A stretch of DNA of 64,000 nucleotides from Octopus vulgaris (GCA_951406725.2 OX597817.1:20274001-20338000), one strand, 5' to 3'; positions 12,758 to 30,595 are shown, counted from the first letter of the stretch. Numbers and translations: made by a program. The notes: a model not told the origin generated them from the sequence alone.

Positions 12758-14681
12758 TACAAAGGTAAATATATGCATGCACACGACACTTTTGACGCAG
12801 CCGGAGCAGAGACCTCAAATTTGCATATCTGGAAGAGCTTTACATTATTATGGCAAGTTAGCTGACGGAAAGATGTATATGATATTTCCACAGATATCTA
12901 AAATATAATAGTTTTCACTGAACGTTTAGGATTTCTTCTCATCCATGAAATGGAATATACAATATGAACCTTTCGAATTATGTGCGGCATAAAATATAAA
13001 CTAAATAGATATTGTATCAAAGGAACGCATTAAACATAGCTATTCATTTCTGAACTTTGCAATGAATTAGAAAGAAATAAAAAATTTGCATAAATTCTAT
13101 ACATACAATTGTACTATTTTATTCACCAGAAAGTTTTCAAGTTGAACAGCATTTAAATCTGCTTTGAGTATAATATCAGATAAAATTAAAAGAAATAGCA
13201 TAAGCATAAATGTAATTTTAAGAGATTTACATTTTTACCTGTATGTATGAATGTCTCAGTATAACTGTGTGTATGTGTGTGTGTGTGTATGCTTGTATAT
13301 AGTATGATATGCTAGGATACGCACTATATGTATGCAACGATTTATCTATCTATTTATCATGTATGTATATCTGTGTGCGCGTATTTGTATGTGTATCATC
13401 CAGTAACTGTGCGCATACATGTGTTTGTGTGTGTATGTGTATGCGTGCACGCGTGTGTGTGCATGTGTGTGTGTGTTTGAGTGTGTGTATATGTAGATAT
13501 ACTTATAGTCACCACGCTAGGAAAGTATAATATATTCGATATCACATATAGAATGATATTTATTTGAAGAGGTGTCCAGAAAGCAAGTAAGTAAAACGTC
13601 ATCTTTCAGAGTGGTAGTTTGCAAATATTTCCGTGTATGCCTCATAAAATATGCACTACGCTAAATTCAAATATTGTAGTAAAACTGAACAACAAATATA
13701 AGTGGAAATCTTGTATTTTAATGTGCATAAAATGTTTGTTGCATTTCAAAGATATTCCTGGTGATTTCATTGAATTACAAGATGAGAGAGATAACTAAAG
13801 GGAAGTCAAATACGAAAAAAACACCGTATTTTCATTTCCGTCCATGATTTTTTTCTTATCTCTGTATCTCTTCCTCTTCTCAACATTAATATTTTGTTTC
13901 CTATAATACGTTTTTATTTATTCTTACTTAAGAATACTCTATTTTACCATTGTGACGATTGGTGCAGCAGCTGTGTTAGAAATTTCTTATGATTATCATC
14001 ATTGAAAAATGTGTTTTGTTGTCGTTGTAAATTCTTCTTTTTCTTCTTTATCTTCCTCCATCTTATAATAGCTCTTCTTCCTCCATCTTCTAGTTGCTTT
14101 CCTTACTTCTCCCCATTATCATCCTCATCGTCATAGTCGTCGTCGTCTTAACCATTACTATCATCTGCTCTTTCTCTTTTCTTTTTCATCCTCATCCTCC
14201 TCTTCTTCTTTCTTCATGGCATAAATGAGTTTAGTATTTCTTTCATTATCTTCAATCGAGTCTCTACTACACCACGCTCTTGCACCTACGCTTCTCTGAG
14301 GTGTGATGTACTGCTTTCGAAATTGTAAATGTGAGATGCAAATTGGTGTTTTGGTAATAAGTAGATATTGTTTGTTATTTGGATGTCGTCCTGTAGAGTA
14401 ACGAACCGAGATTGCGCATTTTTTTGTGTAGGTCCTTTTTATATTTGTAGGTGGCATACCCGGAAGTTAACCATATGATGAATGAGTGTGCGCATGTGCG
14501 TATGCACGTATTTATGCATACATAATTACATGTATACTTACATATACCTGTACTGAGAGACAGCGAGAGACAGGGAGAGAGAGAAAGCGAGATAGTAAGT
14601 GAGAGAGGGGGAGAGAGAGAAGGACAGAGATAGATATATAGAGACACAGACAAACAGGGAATAGATAGAGACAGAAAGACA

Positions 14682-14985
<304 letters not shown>

Positions 14986-16071
14986 GAGTAGAGTGAGTGT
15001 GTGTGTGTGAGAGGGAGTGAGAGAAAGAGAGATGTACACACACAGACAAACAAACATACAGACTAGCAGATAGAAAATCAGCGAACTATTGACAAGTTGC
15101 ATCTTTTATTCCTTTTTCAACTTCTTGCCTACGATCTATTTATCAACCAGTATGTATATTTAGGTTCTAATGGTTTAGCATCTAAAACCAATTAAGACAT
15201 CAAATGAGGACATCTTCGAAGGATTCAAGGATAACATATACGGATGCATGAGTGAGGAATACAAAACTGAAATAGATTAGATGTTACAGACTTGAAAATG
15301 AAGATAGTGACGCAATGATTTGTAGTTGTCTTAATTAGTCCGTTTTTAAAGTGTGACGTGATACATGTATTTATTTAAACGCAGCGAATACGTGTTTCTT
15401 GATCGAGGGATAGACACCACCTCTATTATATTACTTAAAATGTATTGTTTATCCTTATTTTTACGTACACAAATGGTGCGGGAGAATTGCAACACTTGTT
15501 GCAGTGTCAGAATCCTAAAGCTTTTTGTTACTTCAGGTTCTTTATAATCATCCCACCAGCTCTATAAAACAAAGTACCAGTCAAGTGTTCAGAGCAGACA
15601 TGCGCCTTATTTACTGCCACTGAACTGAACAATACCTGCTCTGGAGTTGGCGGTAAGTTTTCTCTCCACGAGCTGTATAAGCAAGAATGCATTTTACACC
15701 AAGAGCCAATGTTAGAGTTTCGCTCGGATGTCTACCGCGATGCAGTGTGTGGTGACGCAGTATCTACGACATGATAAATTTTACCTCTTCTGATAATTTA
15801 GTTTATATAACGTTTCAGTGAATTTTTAAACATTAGGGCATTTAGATTTACTTTTAAATGTATAATATTTTAAGCACGAAATGTCGCTATTGATTTTCAA
15901 ATAAATATTCTCAATTATTTCCATACACGAAAGAAAGAAACTTATGAAAGTTTAAATACAGTTGTACAGTAAAAGTTATTATATATTTTAATAGAAATAA
16001 TTAATGATATATCAGATAACACAGTTATATTCGACTCTATAAAACAAATGTTTATTCTTATTTATTACATA

Positions 16072-17580
16072 CTAGCGGTATTACCCGTCGTTGCCGGGTC
16101 ATAGTGCTAATGCATGTATATATGTGTATATATATATGTGTACATATTACATGTACATCTATATATATATATACATCTACCCATAAAATACAAAATACAA
16201 AGTTATATCTTCATATCGCTAGTGACAACAATACTCAAAATATATAACAGACTGGAATTGTAGGCCCGTCTCTTGCAATTTCGATCAATTGTATCTTGTC
16301 ATCTCTCTCGTTCAGAAGTGTGGCTACAATCCAGCCTACCTCTACTTTTGGGGTAAGATTTAATTTTTATCCGGGGCGTCCTATGTCTCAGATATAAAGG
16401 TAAAAATAAAATATTTCCACTTTGCAAGGTCCGAGTCGAGTACTCCTTTGACGCTCCGTTGACTCGAACTTTGCTTCCATTGTGGCGAATTTACCTCCTC
16501 TGGTTAGATATCTTTCATAGTCGCACCAAGACACTTTCGGTGGTGCTTTCCTCCAGGTGTTCAATTTTTTTTCTCTACATTGTATACTTTATAGACAACA
16601 GTCTTTTCTATAATATAGTTTTTTATTTCGTTTGATGGTGTTATCCTAGATTCACTGTCTTTGTCGGTGATCAGTCCGAAATAGGTTTGTATTTCTTCCA
16701 TTCTAATTTTAATGAGTTCGCGCCCGCCGACTGCTGCAGCGAAATTCCTTTTTGGACTTTCATCTCTCGAAGGCATTCTAACAAAGATGCTTCCGTGTAA
16801 ACGGTGAAAATATTGTCAATTTCCCCAAACAGGGACACAATTCAATTTTTAAACAATAACCAAAGCCCCTTCTCCGAAAGGGGGAGGGTTACAGTTTACA
16901 ATTACTTAACAAATGCAACACAACAACGTTTCCCTTACGAGGAACCAACAAACGTGATAACAGTAGTTAAACAGTAATAATAATAACAGTAGGAGCGCTG
17001 TTCGAGAAAACAGATATTACATACAGCCAAACTTCATATAGATACTTAATGCTTGCTAAATAGCAGATAATCGCATGTAAAAGCCGTGGTAAAGGGTATT
17101 GCACACCTCCATCAGGACTATTCCATATCTGCACGCTAATTTTATTTTTAATTTATTCCCATTCATGTGAAACCACTTATTCAAGTTCAAGTCATTGATG
17201 CAATTTTATACCAATTGCTATTTTTACTTTTGTTATGTTACGATTATATTATACTTTAGTTTGATTTTAATTACTACTTACTACATATAATTCCCTAATT
17301 TTTATTGTTAAAGCGAAAGTATCTGACATAAAATAGATAAATGTTTTTGTTTCAATTTTAACACGTAATACTGAAATAGTGGAGAAGATATGATATTGCT
17401 ATGGGCTCGCCCTAGGCAAGAAGTTGAACATTTTTTTGCCCATGAAACTACATGGACCCTAAGTAAGGCATGTGTAAAATTTGAATGAAATTGGTTGTGT
17501 AGTTCTCAAGTTTTAGGGAATCGTAATGGAGAGATATGATATTGCTGTTGGCTCGCCCTAGGCAAAAAGTTAAAATTTGC
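16072..17580 (-). mobile_element. non-autonomous Helitron-like element containing a Tx1 ORF1-like fragment; 5' boundary uncertain
   Basis: 3' hairpin ACCCG-GCAACGA-CGGGT followed by CTAG|T at 16072. The motif AAATTTGAATGAAATTGGTTGTGTAGTTCTCAAG near 17480 is shared with 29430-29461 on the opposite strand. Confidence 0.55.
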
Positions 17581-20007
17581 GCACACGTTATACTGTTAAG
17601 CATTTTACTTCTTTATTTGTATGTATTTTACATCTATATTTATGGGGTTAAATCCAGAACTGTAGTTCTGTTATGTTTTAAAATACTGGCATATATACAA
17701 GAATACTAATATTCTATTCGGTAAATTTCCCTGACCCCATAGCATCGACAGCGTGCTGACTCAGTGCACCTGAAGCTAAATCTTGTATTTTAATATTTAA
17801 ATTCGCCAAATGTTGCTGTTATGCAAGTAGCTTTACAAGGAATGTATGTCACCAGTGTCACTTTTTATCAGCGCTTCGGGACCCAAACTACTCCTGTAGT
17901 TACAATTTAATACATCGGTTCAATAACGAATACGTTGTTTATATGCTGTTGCAACAGATGTGCAAACGGTAACTTAAGTAACGAGATACGAATGAAAGTG
18001 TTTTATATGCTGCGAAAATTGATAAAGATGGCAAACCACCTTCAAATCTCACCTTCACATCATAAAAGAGCAATATCACATTGCTTAATGTAGTGTGGAT
18101 AGAGAGTTAAAAATAAAACCAATACACATTTTTCATCATTACATTGTTTTATATATACTTTTCAGTCAATTCGTATTATTTAGGTTACTTTTCACAACAA
18201 GCCGGCTCTTGCGTTTTAGAAACCGAAGCACATTTTATGTTTATGTCCATGGAAACGGCTATTTATGAAATCTGTATCATTTTCCATACCTACAAGAATC
18301 TCTGAATCCAAGTATATGTAATTCAACCAATGATTATTTTTATACTTCCAATATAATTTGCACACCATCACGTGAAAACTTTCGGCAATAACATGTCATG
18401 TCAATTGTCTTCATCGTATATTCATATCAAATGCTTCCTTTTTGTGTTGTAAAGTCTACTACTACTAAAAACGTTCCTGCGATCTTCAGAGTATCAGCAG
18501 TATGTCTGTAGCTATTCCTTTTCTCTCATTTCCCTGCCTGTCTACAAAACAAGTGGTTTCTATCATATTTTTTCTCTTTGAAACAATACATGGAAATATT
18601 TACATCCTACATGTTTTAAAATGCTTCATCTCTAGTAATTTCTGTTTTCTGCGCAATTTAGTAAATAAGGGATGTACTTCATTTAAGTTGAGATGAACAA
18701 ATATATTTAAGCCATATCTGCGGGAAAATCACTACATATTTCCCAAAATGGCTTTTTCTTAGCTTAGTCAACAGAGGACGTGTTTCTAAACAATGCGCTC
18801 CCTACCTCACTTTCAAGTAAAATATTAAGTGCTGAATCTGTTTATGCACTCCTTTCATGGCTACTGTTATTTTGTATGTTTCTCTCTACGTTATTTTTAG
18901 ACGTGGTATCATTTTTATCGTTTTACTTGTGTAGTCGAAGTTATTCATAAAATACTGACCTGAATAGTCTTAAAAAATTCAGACATTACTACCCACGTGT
19001 TTAACGTTACCCCTAGCTCCATATTTCAATATGCTTTCAGAATATTACAACATAATGTAATATTATTGTAGCAACTATTTTTTGTAGGGAATTAATTCCT
19101 GAATGGTCCGAAAACGAGAGAAGATTGTCGTCGCAATGATGTCAGTCTATGTTATAATATTAATTCTACAAACACACTTGTATCCGTTCACCCTTCAATT
19201 ATTGTTAAGCCACCACGCAGAAGATTTTCCTTTGGCTCAGATTTCTCCTGTTTCAAAATATGTCAAAAGGTCTGTCTTCATTGCAGCAAAGATTTTGTTT
19301 TTGTTGATGTTTTTCTTGTTATTACCAAGATTACCGCTCTTGTTGCAAGATATTCATCTCAAATAGGTGGATTCCTAAAAAATGTTACTCACGCGCCCTA
19401 CAGTTTTTCTTGTTTTTCTGTAAACAAGGCTTTCAGAAAAAGAGATTTTGAAATTTTTCAAAAAATTAATTGAGAAATATCGAGGTGAGAATGCATAATA
19501 GAATAGCTAAAAATAAATAAAATAGGAATAAAACTGCTTTCACGATGGCGAATACACTCAGATATATTGATTCAGACTTACATATATATAACAGCACAGA
19601 GATGTTACTTTAAGGAATATCATAATCTAATCACGCAGAACAATGTCCCAAGAGTGAGAGACTCTCGAGCTTGACAAAAGGAATCTTCATTACTAATATT
19701 ATTAGCAGCGGTGTTATTAGAAATACAGTTAATTATTAAACAAGGAAAAATCTAAAGTTTACCACCTTAACGTTTATCGGCACCTTTTCGCTTGCTAATC
19801 AAATATAGCTACCTGGACATTACAGTATTGATTTTAAGTTCTGAAGTAAGCCATCGGCAAACAACAAATGGAACAAATGCCATTGAAACAGGCAAACACA
19901 CTCAGTTCCTTTTGCCAATACTTTGAGATTTATTTTTCTATATATCCCTATGTATACAAAGATATCGAAGAAGATATGCGATATGGATATTTGGATTTTG
20001 TATAATA

Positions 20008-20401
20008 CTAGCAGTATCGGCCGGCGTTGCTCGGGTTTGTAAGGGAAATAACTTTTTAGGAATTTTTAGAGATGTAAAGTTTAATAGCCATCTCAATATG
20101 GCTAACCACAAAGGGGGGTATTACTGTAGCTTTTTACGTTCTGAGATTTAATAATACATTTTTAGAGAGTTACATCCCTTATATAATAGCAAAAAAATGC
20201 ATTAAAAATGGGAAAAAACGATGGTAATTCTTTTTAAAATCGTAGACTCATCGTAGACGCGCGTTAATACCCAGAAAGGCTCGATATGAATCACGACTAT
20301 AAGATACCCGCTTTTGGTTACACTGCACCGCAAAATGTGGGAGTAGTTAGGAATCTAAATTGTAGGAGACAGACACACAACTTCACTTTTATATATAAAG
20401 A
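20008..20401 (-). mobile_element. complete ~394-bp non-autonomous Helitron
   Basis: Minus strand reads A|TCTTTATATATAAAAG…CCCGAGCAACGCCGG…CTAG|T: canonical TC/CTRR termini, A|T insertion site and subterminal hairpin. Confidence 0.8.
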
Positions 20402-23400
20402 TATTGTTAACATTCATTCATGTTTGCGCCAGCGCTTATGTGCATCTCTCTCTCTCTCTCTCTTTCTGCATATACATGTGTGTGTGTATGTGCTTGTTTG
20501 TGCATGTGTGTGTGTGCGTATACATATGCGGGTAAGAAGATATATTGTTGTATAGGTAAGCACGCATTACTACTTACATTTTTACTCCTATTGTTACAGC
20601 TGATGCTATTGTTTACTGTTTTTACCGCTAATTTTGTACGTGTTACAACTGCTGTCGCCACTGCAGGTAGGCTGATATAGGACAAAATTACATTCTTACA
20701 TTGTTTTCCTTGCAATATGATGTAGTTGTCATATATGTGTTACAGAAGCTTCCGAGTTTTAGAGATATTTACCACACGTTTCTTTTCAGTTTCAGATAAT
20801 AAAAAAAAATAATAATTAAATTGCAGGAATATTTTACAACGAACTTTACATCAACGATGATTCTCTGATCATCAGTACCCTATTCCACGTTTTCTCTTTC
20901 ACTGCTTGCTTGGCATAAAATTCTACCCTGCAAAGCTTTGACAAATTTTCTCTAATCCCAACAACTTCAGTTTTGCTACGTATATAGATGCTAAATGAGA
21001 AAATATTGCATCTAACACGACAGACACTGATTCAGATTTCGTTGTTTTCCTTCCGCCTCAACCTTTTCCGATTCTACATCGGTTCCTCAGAATCTAAACA
21101 GTACCCTCTAAAATCCAAACTGTCTTCAAGAGCAGAAACCATTGATATATTCGCCAATGTAATATCTCAATCTTATTTCTTGAAACTGGAAGTACCCTTA
21201 AATCTTTTAGATACAGGAAAACAAATACACGATGTTTCTTCATCAGGAGGAGTCTTCCGCGTCACTCCAAATCTTTCACTCCCACAGAAGATTTCCATTA
21301 CAGAAAGCAAAATATGGTTCTAATATTTTGTTATTGAGGGATATGATTCGATTTACTCTCACTCTATGTGAATATTAACACACTTTATTCTAATGCTATT
21401 TCCATTGTATGAAGACAACTTCCGTTTGAAATATTTAGTGGTTAGCTTTTAAACGACACCAATTGAGAAAGACATTTGTTGAACTAAAAGGGGAAAATGC
21501 TTATTTGTTAAGTGATAAGGCAGATTTCTTCTTTTAGGCTTGTTTCGCGCGTTATATTGTGGCAGCGTTAGAAACATTGACGACGTCAATCCAGCTGATT
21601 TTGCAAAGCTTTCATATATATCATAGGCACTACTCAAAATTAAATTACCATTCAGAATTACAAGCTTTAAATCTAAAGGTATTTTCGAAAGAAGAAAGAA
21701 TACGTTTACAACGTAAGCATAGATTCTGTCGGCTCACTATCACTATAGTGGAGACGAGTGGGGGCACATAAATGAATGGAAAATGTAAGATTTGCATAAA
21801 CAGTTACTTACTTCCAAATGACACCAGAAAAGCACATAGCTAACCTGGGTCTCTACCACATTGAAATATAGAAGAAAAGAACATAATCTTTGGTGCATGG
21901 AAGACATCCAGAAAACTGTCAAGTATAGCGACAAAGAGCGGGTAATTTTAGATTTGATTGATATGAATGTTGATGAGGCTTCTATATTAGGGGACATGTA
22001 AATGAGAATTGTTATATGTTGCTCGACAATAAAGCCCGTGAGACGTGTGAGTGCCTTCGTGCTGTATGCACCTTCCCTATAAAAATACAGCAAGTTTTGA
22101 GGAAGTATAATGCAGATGACTTGACCAAAGATATCAAGTAGGAAATTGGCTTTAATTCCATCGGAAATTAACACAACAACAGTGCGATTTTCATTGCACT
22201 CTACTGAGGTGATATGAAAGATATCACCTCAGTGATATGGACCGGTGAATTTTGTATGCACATGAAGATCCAAACAAGCTTTACTAATAATGAAACCTGT
22301 TAAGTAATATTTGTCATCATTACTTCTGTGCTTCAAAAATTAACATTGATGACGTAACCAGGGACAATATCGAAAATATGACGAATTGTTTCACGATAGG
22401 TATGTACGTAACAAATAAAACATAGATATATCATTGCTTTGGTCTGATATATTGCAGCATCTATGCATTAGTCTTTAGATGCAAATACAACAATTATAAC
22501 CACCGGATGAATGATAATGCATTCAACAATGACTAGCTATATAAATACAAATATTGTATTTAACTGAAGATTTAAATACAGAAGAATTATTTTGAATAGC
22601 ATGTATAACATTTCCCTAACAATTTTGCAAGCAAACGTATTCCCTTTTGTGAAAGTTCAAGCTAGATCCTGACTACATTGGCAATCTCAGGTGAGACTGC
22701 ACTAATTTCCCAGCATATGCATGCGATTTGATAAAAACGTAATCTTTTCATATTATCTGCATATTATACGCCTTAATCTTTCCCAGAAAAATACTTCCAT
22801 ATTTTACACATTTAACTTACGGAAAGAACATAATCCTTATATAATAGTCAATTTAGTCTCGCCAAAGTAAGTAGTTGAAGAAGATTCTCAATGCCTTAAC
22901 AATAGGAGGTATAAAAATAGAGGAGTGCTTCCTAGAGAGCACGTATGCCAAAAGTACAAAGAGCATGAAAACGTCAACATAAATAATAAGTTGTAAGAAT
23001 ATAAACATTAAAACAATAAATAATGCGAACATAATACACCAGAGAAAAATCAATTATATGCAGCAACAATAGTTTAGCGGCGTTCATAGTAGATTCTTCC
23101 TCAAAGCTACTCATCTTAGAATATCCAATCTAAGGAAATAATGTAAACCGCAGTCATATGGGATATGATAAAAAGAATATATATGAATACATGATAAATT
23201 ACACAACTAAGAGCAATAAGAAAAAATTGCACACAAGAGTAATAAATACTGCAGAAACAATACGTGTCATACAAAATGTTTACGTAATACAAAGCCGCAT
23301 AAAACAAGATACCGTCAAGAAAATTGCAAATAATCCATTGCTATGAAAAGGAAAAAAAAAAAAAATTTCTTTGAGGAAGAGCATTATTGCAGGTGCTAGA

Positions 23401-25382
23401 TAAAATGAGATAGAAGAATATTGAAGACCACTATGCACATAAAGCTGATTATCTAAAGATGAGAATGTTCGAAAGTAGAAGTATCCCGTTTGAAAAATAT
23501 GGGAAACATTAACGATCTATGACGTACCACAAAGTCTGCAGATACTGAACAGCATTAAATCCCCAGAAAAATGTCAATTCAAGTTATTAGCCCTGATTAA
23601 GTAACCTTAAAAACAAAGAAATACATCAAGGTGTAAGGAGTGAATATGAAAAAGTGCTGCAGATAGAAATAAAGCTAGAATTACGTAAAGCCATTTTTAT
23701 TAAATGAAGAAACAACTAAACGCATTCCCTCCATTTAGTCTGTTTTGGTCTCGCTCTTACATCTTCAGCAGGAAATGAAAATATTTTGTATGAGGATGGT
23801 CTGAAGTTGTCAGCTACAAATGACAAATATTTCACGTAGAATACAGAAGCCTATAAAAGTAAGTGACGCTAATATCCTATTGGGAAATTGCATTTAGGGA
23901 ACCTTGAAGACAAGGACAAACTTAATTGAATTAACAATTACACGAAGATACAGTAGAGAGAAAACAAGACCAAAGAAAATACAGTTGGAAAGAGTTATGC
24001 AAAGTGCAATAAATATATTGAAGGGTGATTAAGAAACCATGATATAATCATACTAGAACGATACTGATTTCAAATTTTGGCACAATGTCAGCAATTTCAG
24101 GGGATGGAGGCAAGTAGATTACATCGATCCAAATCCTCAAATGATAGTTATTTTATCGATTTGGAAAATATATATATCCTCATAAATAATATATATTTGT
24201 ACGATTAATAAATCTTAAGATATTCTCCATCGAATAATAAGTTAATCTTTATGACTAGGTACAAAGGCTGTAAAATGTTGTAAATATAGTTTAAGAACAG
24301 GACTAAAAACCGACTCAATAATGTATTTGCCAAGAATATTTTAACATCTTTGCATGCAGCACAAGTAATAGAATTTTAGAATGTCTAAAAATTAAATGAA
24401 AAAAATATTGTATAAATTATATGGGATATAATGCAAATAACTGTTCTACTTTAAACCTCTATATATAAGCCAACAAATATAAGCAGTTGATGACGCAGCA
24501 TGCATCTGAACGAAGGATTTAAAATCTACAATACGAATTCCTAAAAATATGTCATTGCTGAAAATGGGATTATATGTCATGCTAAGATTTTGGCTAACAA
24601 CTCCTCTACAAGGACATTTATTGAAATAGCTATACGAAAGTCAATTTGATAAACGTATTCAAAGTTGAGTTCTGCGACACAACAAATAGAAAATTGACAA
24701 AAGTGTGTGATTTTGTTAGATTGCTACCAGACATAGGAACTGCAATGTATGAAAGGAAACAATAAGTTGCGGGTTTGCTGCCGATACAGTGTTAATGCAA
24801 ACCAAATTTATGCATATGCAAAGTCATAAGTTATTTTATGTTTCTTATAATAGACATTGCCAAAAATTAAGTGTATATAGCAAAATGCTTCCTTTTTATA
24901 TGCAAATGAAAAGTCCATCGGAAAGGAAAATGTGACCACTTTCTAAGCACACATAAACTTTAAACAAACCCGTTGAAATATGTATATTAAGAGTGAATGA
25001 GAACGAGAAACCTATTGTAATTAATGTATAAATTCGAACATGAGCAGAGGAAATATTAAAATAAAAACTAATAAGCAATCCCTATTATTCTAAGGCATAA
25101 AACGTACCCCACGAACAAAATACATGATGGCAACAGAAATAAGTAGCCCAGGTTCTGTAGCATAGTGTAAATACTGGTTTGCTCTTGTCATCCACTTTTA
25201 ATTGTTGTACATATGTGAAAGGATATGGCTACAGCATTAGATTTTCCAACACCGTCGGCATAACCACATAATAATATGAGACTTATTTTGATTTCGATTA
25301 ATCCTTTCTCGAACGCCCTGAATAACTGTCATCTTCAAAGTCTAAGATGTGTTTGTTTTGGGACGCTGTGCACTAACCCCAT

Positions 25383-25770
25383 GTGGAGGCGCAATGGTCC
25401 AGTGGTTAGGGCAGCGGACGCGCGGTCATAGGATCGCGATTTCGATTCCCAGACCGGGCGTTGTGAGTGTTTATTGAGTGAAAACACCAAAAAGCTCCAA
25501 GAGGCTCCGGCAGGGGATGGTGGTGATCCCTGCTGTACTCTTTCACCACAACTTTCTCTCACTCTTACTTCCTGTTTCTGTTGTACCTGTATTTCAAGGG
25601 GCCGGCCTTGTCACTCTTTGTGTCACGCTGAATATCCCCGAGAACTACGTTAAGGGTACACGTGTCTGTGGAGTGCTCAGCCATTTACACGTTAATTTCA
25701 CGAGCAGGCTGTTACGTTGATTCGGATCAATCGGAACCCTCGTCGTCGTAACCGACGGAGTGCTTCCATC
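25383..25770 (+). mobile_element. SINE family C (tRNA-derived) with TSD
   Basis: A-box-like TGGTCCAGTGG and B-box-like TTCGATTCC. TSD CACTAA(C/T)CCCAT. Near-identical copies at 52141 and 61365. Confidence 0.92.
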
Positions 25771-26356
25771 CACTAATCCCATAGAGCGCCACTTCTTAAC
25801 CAACATTCTCAACCACTTTTTAATAACTTACTTTGCCGAGTAAGACGTTACACGGAAACTTATTTTTCAAACATTTTACTCGTTTGCTTAACAGATGCCG
25901 TTCTGTCGTTCGTTTCTGCAATTTCCACTCTTTCCACTTTTGAGTACATACTCTTGCAGCAAAGGCTACATGTGTTCCATCAATGCAACCTTACAATCAA
26001 CTAATGTTGAGAAATTGAAAAACATTTGAGAAATTCAGAATCGAGCCAGAGAGCTGAGGAGACTGTGGAAGACAAAGACAACAAGTAACTTTGTAGTAAC
26101 TGGTGCATTCGAAAGAGATTGGAATTGAAACACACTAAACTCTTTCCGTTTGCCAGTGTCATTGTGTTACTTCGACCGCTTGTAACAGCCGGTCAAATAT
26201 GGCGTCCCAAAACAAACACATCTTAGACTTTGAAGTTGACAGTTACTCAGGGCGTTCGAGAAAGGATTAATCGAAATCCAAATGAGTCTCATATTATTAT
26301 GTGGTCATGCCGACGGTGTTGGAAACTATAATGTTGTAGCAAACAGTCGATTAATG

Positions 26357-28800
<2,444 letters not shown>

Positions 28801-29282
28801 CTTACAGCTCCTGCTTCATCAGATAATCTTTATTCCGTGAGTTGAAACGGAAAATTTTCTCTGAATTGATCATACATTCCTTGTCGGTAACTTCTAATAT
28901 GTTCACCATATTCGTCTACGGGGTTGCTCAGGTGGTAACACTCTATGGCCACAGCATCGACTTGTTTGTTCCATCTACGCTGTGTAAGCTGGTGCATTTC
29001 AGCATAAAGTCAAGCTGGAGCCGTTCCAGTACTTCTAAGGCTCTCGGATGCAATACTCTCACCATCGAGTGCTTTAGTATCTTTTCCACAATTATTCACA
29101 AGATTTTTTGTCATTGTCACTCATATCGGTTAGCAATTATCAGGTTGTGCAGTCACCAGTGTTTTCATTGTGACAACATCACTAGATGTATTATCGAATA
29201 GGACATGGAAGATGTCAACCGCTTCCTTTCATTATTTATATTATCATGACTGATAATATTACTTTCCCATTTTACAATTTGT

Positions 29283-29369
<87 letters not shown>

Positions 29370-29380
<11 letters not shown>

Positions 29381-29640
29381 CTGAGAATGTTGTGTGTATT
29401 TGTGTCTGTATGTGTAAATCAACAAACCTCAAGAACTACACGAAATATTTCATTCAAATTTGTCTTACTTAGTGTCATGGGCAATCTCATATCTCTTACA
29501 CTCATTCGGTATTGCGTTTCAAAAGTGTAACAATAAAATATATATTGGGATGTGGTATAATAGTTTCACTATTATATGGTTTCAATTTCAATTACTTTCT
29601 CTACAAATATATATTAATTTCATTTCTATTAGTTTCACTG
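29370..29640 (+). mobile_element. Helitron-like 5' fragment after (TA)n
   Basis: CTCAAGAACTACACGAAATATTTCATTCAAATTT resembles the reverse complement of ~17477-17510. Confidence 0.45.
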
Positions 29641-29646
29641 TGAATT

Positions 29647-29679
<33 letters not shown>

Positions 29680-30495
29680 GTATGTATGTATGTGTGTGTA
29701 TATATTTCTTTGTATATACCTATACATGTATATTTATATGTATACGTATACATATAAGTATATATATATATATATGAATGTATATATGTGTATATATGCA
29801 TGTATATATATATATATATATATGTTTGTATATGTATGTATATTCATATATACCTATGTATGTACGTATGTATGTATGTATGTATGATGTATGTATGTAT
29901 ATATATACGTGTATGTATATATGTATATATTTATCTATCAATTGTCCTTCACGCAGACTGCCCACAATTTATGGTCTCACCGTGGACCGTGCTGCATTGA
30001 TATTCTTCCCATTCTTCCTTGTGTTTGTGAAAGTTTTGTATCTCTGCCGCGAGTCTTCATTTCCACACACGCCATCTTAATTTAATTCGTCCCTAGTCGA
30101 AAGACACCTGTTGCTATGTCCTGTTATTATTATTTTTCTTATATTTATATTTGAATTATATTTTAGCAATATTATCAATTTCCCGTCCTTGTTTTTGTAT
30201 ACATTCGATGCTCTTAGATTAGGTTTTCCTTGCGGCTGGCCAAATTGGAACAATTTCAAGATTAATCAGCCAAAATTGCGAGGATGATATGGTTCTCGAC
30301 TGAGGACAGAAAGCTTCAAATAACCCGTCCTTGTTTTTTGCATCGTCTATATGGATTTGTTTTTGCCTCTTTTTGTATGACCTAGTTGTCAGGATGTTTT
30401 GCGTTCTTGTCCCATTTTGTATTATATATATATATATATATATATAGCGAAGTACGTACACTATGTTCTTTTATACGTATATATATAGATGTATT

Positions 30496-30556
<61 letters not shown>

Positions 30557-30595
30557 ATGTGTGTATGTGTGTGTGTGTATGTATATATATATGTT

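Noticed and set aside
15570-15775. Stop-free stretch with a GTAAGT donor-like site
   Set aside because: No recognisable protein, no clear acceptor and no partner exons.
18200-22400. Possible ancient LINE or transposase debris outside the 20008 Helitron
   Set aside because: Only isolated motif-like words, too decayed to assign.
25383-25460. tRNA gene (also at 52141, 61365 and 43)
   Set aside because: The tRNA-like part is the head of a ~390-bp repeat; the 25383 and 52141 copies also have TSDs. These are SINEs.
26007-26340. DIRS-type internal complementary region
   Set aside because: The order B-A' does not match a circle junction, no tyrosine recombinase is present, and B is Dong coding sequence.
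30290-30340. CTGAGGA as a hammerhead core
   Set aside because: No convincing stem II-GAAA-stem III arrangement follows.
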